A stretch of DNA of 22,258 nucleotides. Source: an uncultured Dehalococcoidia bacterium (GTDB lineage: Bacteria > Chloroflexota > Dehalococcoidia > Lucifugimonadales > UBA3495). The stretch spans positions 1-22,258 of the forward strand of contig CATMOE010000058.1 in the NCBI GenBank assembly GCA_950072105.1, written 5' to 3'. Position numbers and translations under genes: made by a program. Positions 17,402 through 22,258 of this stretch are shown here, piece after piece (within the stretch, counting starts at the first letter, position 1; each line of letters starts with the position of its first letter). The notes beneath the pieces were generated by a model. It searched no databases and was not told the origin of the DNA. It worked only from the letters and a program-made list of their open reading frames with translations.

Positions 17402-18442
17402 CTACCCCAATTGCCGCAGCCGCGGGTCCAGAGTGTCACGAAGCCAATCTCCAAATACATTTGCGGCCATCACAACAGCTACTATCGCCAGGCCGGGAAG
17501 GGTGGAGATCCACCATGCGCCCGCCAGCCTATCTCGCCCGTCAGCCACCATGGAACCCCAGGCAGGGGTCGGCGGCGGGACTCCCGCTCCCAAGAAGCTG
17601 AGCGTGGCCTCCAGCAGAATGACTATGCCGATCTCCAGTGTGGTCAGCACGATCAGAGTATTGATGAGGCCGGGGAAGATGTGCACGATCAGGATGCGCG
17701 GGGTGGACGCACCGGCAACTTTGGCCAGGCCCACGTAATCAGCGGTCTTCAGACTCAGCACTTCTCCCCTTACGTTCCTTGCGATTCGGGGCCATATGGT
17801 GAGAGCGAGAACGGCCACGATCAGAACAAAGGACTGTCCCAAAGCCAGGACCATCACCAGCGCCAGCAAGATCGTCGGTATCGCCAGCTTGATGTCTACC
17901 AGGCGCATGCAGACCTCATCGACCCAGCCTCCGTACCAACCCGCCAGCATCCCAACGGTCACCCCGATGGTGATGCCCACCAAGATGACCAAAGTTACCA
18001 CTATCAGGGAGACACGGGCTCCGTGGATAACCCGGCTCAACACGTCGCGACCCAGGTGGTCGGTGCCAAGAATGTATTTGGTGGTGCCGCCGATTTTGGT
18101 GACTACCTCAATCTCGTCCCCGATCTTGACTCCGGGGTCGTCCAATGAGGCTTTCTGCAGGGTGATTTGGAAACTCCTCTCGTTGATCGACAACCGCTGT
18201 ACAACTGTCTTAAGCGATGTTTCGGAACTCGCCCACATCGGCGGCGTGTTCCTGTCTCTCAGGTCACTTTTCAAGGGATCATGGGGCGATATCCAGGGCG
18301 CCGCTATCCCCACAAAAATAAAAACACCCAGCATAATAGAGGGTATTATGGGCATCCTTCGAAATCGTCTCAGCCAACGGGCAACCTTTACCCGAGGTGC
18401 TTCTGGGGCGAAAACGACGCTACCGGCAGTTTGTTCAGCCAT
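17402..18442 (-). CDS. ABC transporter permease, DppC/OppC family, with a ~46-aa loop insertion
   Basis: Motifs APWISPHDP, LGTDHLGRDVLSRVIHGARVSL, EAA-like YVGLAKVAGAS, LSFLGAG, WGSMVADG and GDWLRDTLDPR. Confidence 0.94.
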   Translation of the reverse strand: MAEQTAGSVVFAPEAPRVKVARWLRRFRRMPIIPSIMLGVFIFVGIAAPWISPHDPLKSDLRDRNTPPMWASSETSLKTVVQRLSINERSFQITLQKASLDDPGVKIGDEIEVVTKIGGTTKYILGTDHLGRDVLSRVIHGARVSLIVVTLVILVGITIGVTVGMLAGWYGGWVDEVCMRLVDIKLAIPTILLALVMVLALGQSFVLIVAVLALTIWPRIARNVRGEVLSLKTADYVGLAKVAGASTPRILIVHIFPGLINTLIVLTTLEIGIVILLEATLSFLGAGVPPPTPAWGSMVADGRDRLAGAWWISTLPGLAIVAVVMAANVFGDWLRDTLDPRLRQLG

Positions 18443-18501
18443 CTCTGCTTCTTCCTTTACTGACTACCAATGCCAACGGTTCTTGAATCGGGGCGGGTAT
18501 T

Positions 18502-19419
18502 CTAGGCGTAACGAACCCTGGGATCGATGTAGGCGTAAAGAACGTCAACGATCAGCGCCGCCAGGACGTACAGCATCGTAAACACCATGACCACGCCCTG
18601 CAGGAGCGGATAGTCGGCGGCGAACAGAGCCTGAACCGCCAATTGTCCCAAACCAGGCCAGGCGAACACCGTTTCCACAACCAGTGACCCGGTGACCAGA
18701 GCGCCCAGGGTTACACCGGCAAAGGTAAGCGCCGGCACCAGGGCGTTGCGCAGGGCGTGTTTCCAGATAACGACGGCGGGTTTTACTCCTTTGGCCCGGG
18801 CCAGTTTGATGTATTCAGAGTCCAAGGCGTCCAGCATGGCCGAGCGGATCAGACGCAGATTAGCGGCCACGTAATACCAGCCCAGAGTGATGGCAGGGAG
18901 GATGATGCTCAACTTCTCCTGCCGCCCGTAGGGAGGTAGCCAGCCCAGATTAACCGCGAAAAAGAACATCAACATTATGCCCAGCCAAAAGTTGGGAGCT
19001 GACTGGCCGACCAATGCAATCATCTTCCCAAATCCGTCCATAAGAGAGCCACGCTTCACGGCGGAGAGTACCCCCAAAGGTAACCCCAATGATATCGAAA
19101 ACAAAAAGGCCGCCCCTCCCAACTGTATTGTAGCCGCCACTCGTTCCCCAATGATTTCTACAACCGGGCGCTTCTCTTTGATGGATATTCCGAAGTTTCC
19201 CTGCATGGCGTCACTAAGGAATATCCCGTATTGCTGATAATAGGGCTTATCCAAGCCTAACGAAACGGTCAGCCGGTCCCAGTCCTCCTGAGTGGAATAA
19301 TCATCCAGGAAGATGTGCCTGGGATCTCCGGACGCACGGCTCATGGCGAAGATCACCACGGAAACCACCAATAGGGTGATTATGGATATGAAGAACCTGC
19401 GAACTAGAAAACGTTGCAT
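18502..19419 (-). CDS. ABC transporter permease, DppB/OppB family
   Basis: Motifs LGLDKP, GNFGIS, PNFWLG, YIKLARAKG, KHALRNA, VETVFAWPGLG and YAYIDPRVR. Confidence 0.95.
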   Translation of the reverse strand: MQRFLVRRFFISIITLLVVSVVIFAMSRASGDPRHIFLDDYSTQEDWDRLTVSLGLDKPYYQQYGIFLSDAMQGNFGISIKEKRPVVEIIGERVAATIQLGGAAFLFSISLGLPLGVLSAVKRGSLMDGFGKMIALVGQSAPNFWLGIMLMFFFAVNLGWLPPYGRQEKLSIILPAITLGWYYVAANLRLIRSAMLDALDSEYIKLARAKGVKPAVVIWKHALRNALVPALTFAGVTLGALVTGSLVVETVFAWPGLGQLAVQALFAADYPLLQGVVMVFTMLYVLAALIVDVLYAYIDPRVRYA

Positions 19420-19487
19420 AATCTACTCTCCGGGTCCGTTCCCAATTACCAACCGATTCTCGCCGGTACAGGCCGCCGACTCCTGGA

Positions 19488-19928
19488 TTATCGTCGAAAT
19501 AAAAGCAGCGCTCGATGGCTTAGGTTTAGTAGCAACGCTGCGACACTGGTAGCCACGATAGCTCCAATCACGATGTATGTTATGGGGGTCACATCCGCCG
19601 TAGCGCAGCAGGGCACATCTTGCGCCGAACCGAATTGGTACCCTCCCCAAGAGCCGCCGGCCGCCGCCAGCAGCAGCAATGAGCCCATGACGATGAGCCG
19701 ACCCGCCGAATTTCCATCAAGGTTCAGCCATGCTAGGAACACGCCTCCGGCGACGCCCACCGACGCACCCCCTATGAAGAAAAGCAGTAAGGTGTCGCCG
19801 GAGCGGGCGCCGAAAAACACGAAAGATCCCCATCCGATCCCGACACCAAGGAAACCAAAGGTTCCCCCGATAAGCACGCCCATAAGTGTACGTACCGTCA
19901 ATCCGATCAACGGCCGCAGCCACTCCAT
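19488..19928 (-). CDS. Hypothetical Gly-rich membrane protein (about 4 TM helices)
   Basis: Four hydrophobic Gly-rich segments. Likely ATG at 19928 after GAGG. Co-oriented with, and inside, the ABC cluster. Confidence 0.7.
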   Translation of the reverse strand: MEWLRPLIGLTVRTLMGVLIGGTFGFLGVGIGWGSFVFFGARSGDTLLLFFIGGASVGVAGGVFLAWLNLDGNSAGRLIVMGSLLLLAAAGGSWGGYQFGSAQDVPCCATADVTPITYIVIGAIVATSVAALLLNLSHRALLLFRR

Positions 19929-20055
19929 GACGACCTCTGTCGATGGCAGAGGCCCGGATTTAGATACCACTCCGGTTTACTTCCAACACTGAATCAGCCT
20001 CCAGGGACAATAGTTGTCTCCGGTCTTTACTTTAAAATTACCAATAAAATAGTTG

Positions 20056-20089
20056 AATCCGGACCGGGCTTGACTGCCCGGTCCGGATT
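20056..20089. terminator. Perfect 14-bp stem-loop downstream of the SBP gene (terminator or mRNA-stabilising hairpin)
   Basis: AATCCGGACCGGGC-TTGACT-GCCCGGTCCGGATT, with a weak, displaced U-tract on the minus strand. Confidence 0.65.
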
Positions 20090-20137
20090 AGTTTCGCTGC
20101 TCCGCTCTAGCGGGAGATTCGATCTACTAACTTACCA

Positions 20138-21994
20138 TTAACGAGGAACGATGTTCTCGTAGCCGTTGGGAAGCCGGATGTCGCTGAAGCTGGTGTACTC
20201 CCAAGGCTGAATCCTGGGACCCACCGGTACTACACCCTCGATAGTGTAGAGACCGAACCCAAGCTTTTGCTCGTGGGCCATCCAGTCGTACATCTCTAGC
20301 GTCTTTTCCATCCGCGCGGCGTCATCCAACTCACCCATCACACCGCCTATGTTCTCGTTCAGGTAGGGGTGGAATGTGCCATAGTTAAAGGTCGATTTAT
20401 CCAGATAGTTGTTCAAGCCCAGCATCGGCTCCAAACGTATTGAGATAGCGTGGCAGGTCGCGCCGGGCCAAGTGCGGCCAACCAACTGAGGCCGTAAGGT
20501 CTGGTATGGGATCCTCTGGAGTTTGACGTCGATCCCAACTTCGCCCCACATGGCGGCGATGGCCTCACAAGCTTCCACCTCGGCGGCAACGCCTCGAATG
20601 GCCGTCGTCAGGTCGATAGTGAAACCGTCGGGGTATCCGGCTTCAGCCAGCAACTGCTTGGCTCTTTCCGGGTCGTAGTCACAGGTCCAGTCAGCCGGTA
20701 CCAAGTGTTCATAGCCGCCCCAATCGCGAATGCATAGGGGGGCGCCGAACCCAGCCAGCAGCGTGTCGACCAGGGTCTGCCGGTCGATCGCGATAGTCAT
20801 GGCCTCACGAACCTTCCGGGCATTGGCCCACTCGGGGGAATTTACATCAGCGTTGGCCGACACCCAGGCCCGGTCACCATCGAAGTCGCCTTTCTGATCT
20901 GGGTCGCCAATGCCAGTGTAAAGCTGGCCGTAGACATTCATCCCCGCTTGGCTGATAAGGCCCACGGAGTTTAGCAATGCGCCTTCCACCTTCTCCACCT
21001 GAGGAATGTTGTCGAACGACATAATGAAGGTGTCAAGCTGTCCGGTCTGGAACCCGGCCAAGCGGGCCGACTCCTCCGGAATCTCCCACAAGGTCATCTC
21101 GGCGAATGCCGGGGTTTTGCGCCAATGGTTTTGTACCGCCTTCATCTTCCAGAACTCACCGGTCTTGGTCTCCACCAATTCCCATGAGCCAGTCATGGCC
21201 GTGTCCCGGCTAGTTTTTTCGATACCTAACTCTTCGCTCTGCTTCTTACTCACCACGTTACCGCTGGTTCCGCCCACGTGGCGCATGAACTCAAGGGCGC
21301 GTGTGCTGATCCAGGGTTTGGCGGTTTTCACCACAACGGTATGGGTATCAGGTGACTCGACGCTGCCTTCGGGATTTGTCCAGAAGTCGGCGATGAAGGA
21401 TGCCCTGGCGTGGACGGACGATTCACTTCCCCATTGCTGGTAGGAGTAAATTATGTCGTCCGCAGTCAACTCACCGTAGCCTTTGTGGAACTGTACCCCT
21501 GGCCGAATGTTAAAAGTCCAAGTAAGCGTGTCTTCACCGATGCTCCAGGACTCGGCCAGCATGGGAGCCGCTTTCCGATTCTTGTCGAAGCGGACCAGGG
21601 CCTCTCCCATGGTGGTACTAACCACGTAGATCGCCGGGTTCCCGGCGATGGACGGGTGGTAGATGAAAGTGCCCAGCGACGACTGGCCGACGTTGAGGGC
21701 GCCCACAGGCTCCATTGCCATTGCGGGAGCCATCGCCGTTGGCGTGGCCACTACCACAACTTCTTTGACTACTTCCTTGATAACCTCTTTTTGTACCACA
21801 ACCTCTACGGGAACTTCCTTGATGACCTCTTTTTGTACCACGACCTCTTTGATTATTTCCTTGACTACTTCCTTTTCCACCACTATCGGCTCAGGAGCGG
21901 AGCCGCCACAGGCGGCGGCTATCGCAAGAATCAAAATCAAGGGGATCCAAATAAGCGCTATAGACATCGGGGTCCTTGGGTAAGCCAAAATCAT
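20138..21994 (-). CDS. ABC transporter substrate-binding lipoprotein, family 5 (DppA/OppA-like)
   Basis: Lipobox AAAC-GG, and motifs MLAESWS, TWTFNIRPGVQFHKG, TADD, VREAMTIAIDR and YDPERAKQLLAEAGYPDGF. Start is the ATG at 21994 or the TTG at 21988, after GGAGGT. Confidence 0.94.
   Translation of the reverse strand: MILAYPRTPMSIALIWIPLILILAIAAACGGSAPEPIVVEKEVVKEIIKEVVVQKEVIKEVPVEVVVQKEVIKEVVKEVVVVATPTAMAPAMAMEPVGALNVGQSSLGTFIYHPSIAGNPAIYVVSTTMGEALVRFDKNRKAAPMLAESWSIGEDTLTWTFNIRPGVQFHKGYGELTADDIIYSYQQWGSESSVHARASFIADFWTNPEGSVESPDTHTVVVKTAKPWISTRALEFMRHVGGTSGNVVSKKQSEELGIEKTSRDTAMTGSWELVETKTGEFWKMKAVQNHWRKTPAFAEMTLWEIPEESARLAGFQTGQLDTFIMSFDNIPQVEKVEGALLNSVGLISQAGMNVYGQLYTGIGDPDQKGDFDGDRAWVSANADVNSPEWANARKVREAMTIAIDRQTLVDTLLAGFGAPLCIRDWGGYEHLVPADWTCDYDPERAKQLLAEAGYPDGFTIDLTTAIRGVAAEVEACEAIAAMWGEVGIDVKLQRIPYQTLRPQLVGRTWPGATCHAISIRLEPMLGLNNYLDKSTFNYGTFHPYLNENIGGVMGELDDAARMEKTLEMYDWMAHEQKLGFGLYTIEGVVPVGPRIQPWEYTSFSDIRLPNGYENIVPR
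21749..21885 (-). repeat. Val/Glu/Lys-rich tandem repeat linker (KEVV/KEVI/VPVE) in the SBP N-terminus
   Basis: Protein IVVEKEVVKEIIKEVVVQKEVIKEVPVEVVVQKEVIKEVVKEVVVV. A 36-nt direct repeat at 21771-21806 and 21813-21848 has 2 mismatches and a 42-nt period. Confidence 0.9.
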
Positions 21995-22258
21995 ACCTCC
22001 ACAAATTACGGTCCAGGGCATTCAATCCCTCAATTCCAAGGTCAGCCGGCCACGAAATCGAAAGAAACTACAGGAACTACGTTGGAGTAGGGTTTCCGGA
22101 TTTATACACTAATCAGCCGATACAAATAATAAGAATCAATACAAATGACGCTTTCCGTTGGGAGTCTATTGTTAAGAGATTCTACATACGCCATGTTATC
22201 ATGAAAGTCAATACTATAGGGCACCCTTTCTACCTGTAGACAAGCGTTCGGAGGGACT

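Noticed and set aside
19960..20003. GGAGG followed by a 9-codon minus-strand ORF (MLEVNRSGI) upstream of the membrane protein
   Set aside because: Too short to support without conservation or ribosome-profiling data.
21749..21885. Repeat tract as a CRISPR array
   Set aside because: Only two near-identical copies 6 nt apart, in frame within a CDS. There are no spacers and no cas genes.
3343..22090. Long antisense or alternate-frame ORFs over real genes (e.g. 3630-4268, 5887-6552, 6971-7648, 17411-18148, 17796-18581, 21410-22090)
   Set aside because: These are the expected by-product of GC-rich codon bias opposite well-supported genes. The Y/F/L/D/H periodicity of 21410-22090 just mirrors the KEVV repeat.
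22022..22258. AT-rich region upstream of the SBP with several -35/-10-like hexamers, and ORF 21976-22239
   Set aside because: Probably the promoter region, but no single pair has both good consensus and spacing. The ORF has no RBS or recognisable motif.

Overview
Bacterial genomic window, inferred from gene content to be Chloroflexota / Dehalococcoidia, probably SAR202-like (a 23S gene unlinked from 16S, flavin and P450 catabolic enzymes, and a V/E/K-repeat lipoprotein SBP). Bases 1-3058 hold a minus-strand 23S rRNA gene, truncated at its 3' end by the window edge and preceded by its own near-consensus sigma70 promoter, with no 16S or tRNA upstream. It carries two insertions: a 401-nt ORF-less group I intron (498-898) after U1923 (E. 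coli numbering, the I-CeuI site), and a ~140-nt multi-branched expansion or IVS in helix 45 (1647-1807). The rest is catabolic and transport genes: a crotonase, a MOSC protein, a frameshifted TIGR03086/DinB-like gene, MmgE/PrpD, a run of FAD oxidoreductase, two TPR lipoproteins, M20 amidohydrolase and CoxG, a membrane protein, P450 plus ferredoxin divergent from a group D flavin monooxygenase plus cyclase, and an ATPase-less Dpp/Opp-type ABC cluster. The DppC permease of that cluster carries an inserted segment resembling part of the NusA N-terminal domain. All family calls come from motif recognition by eye; no database searches were run.
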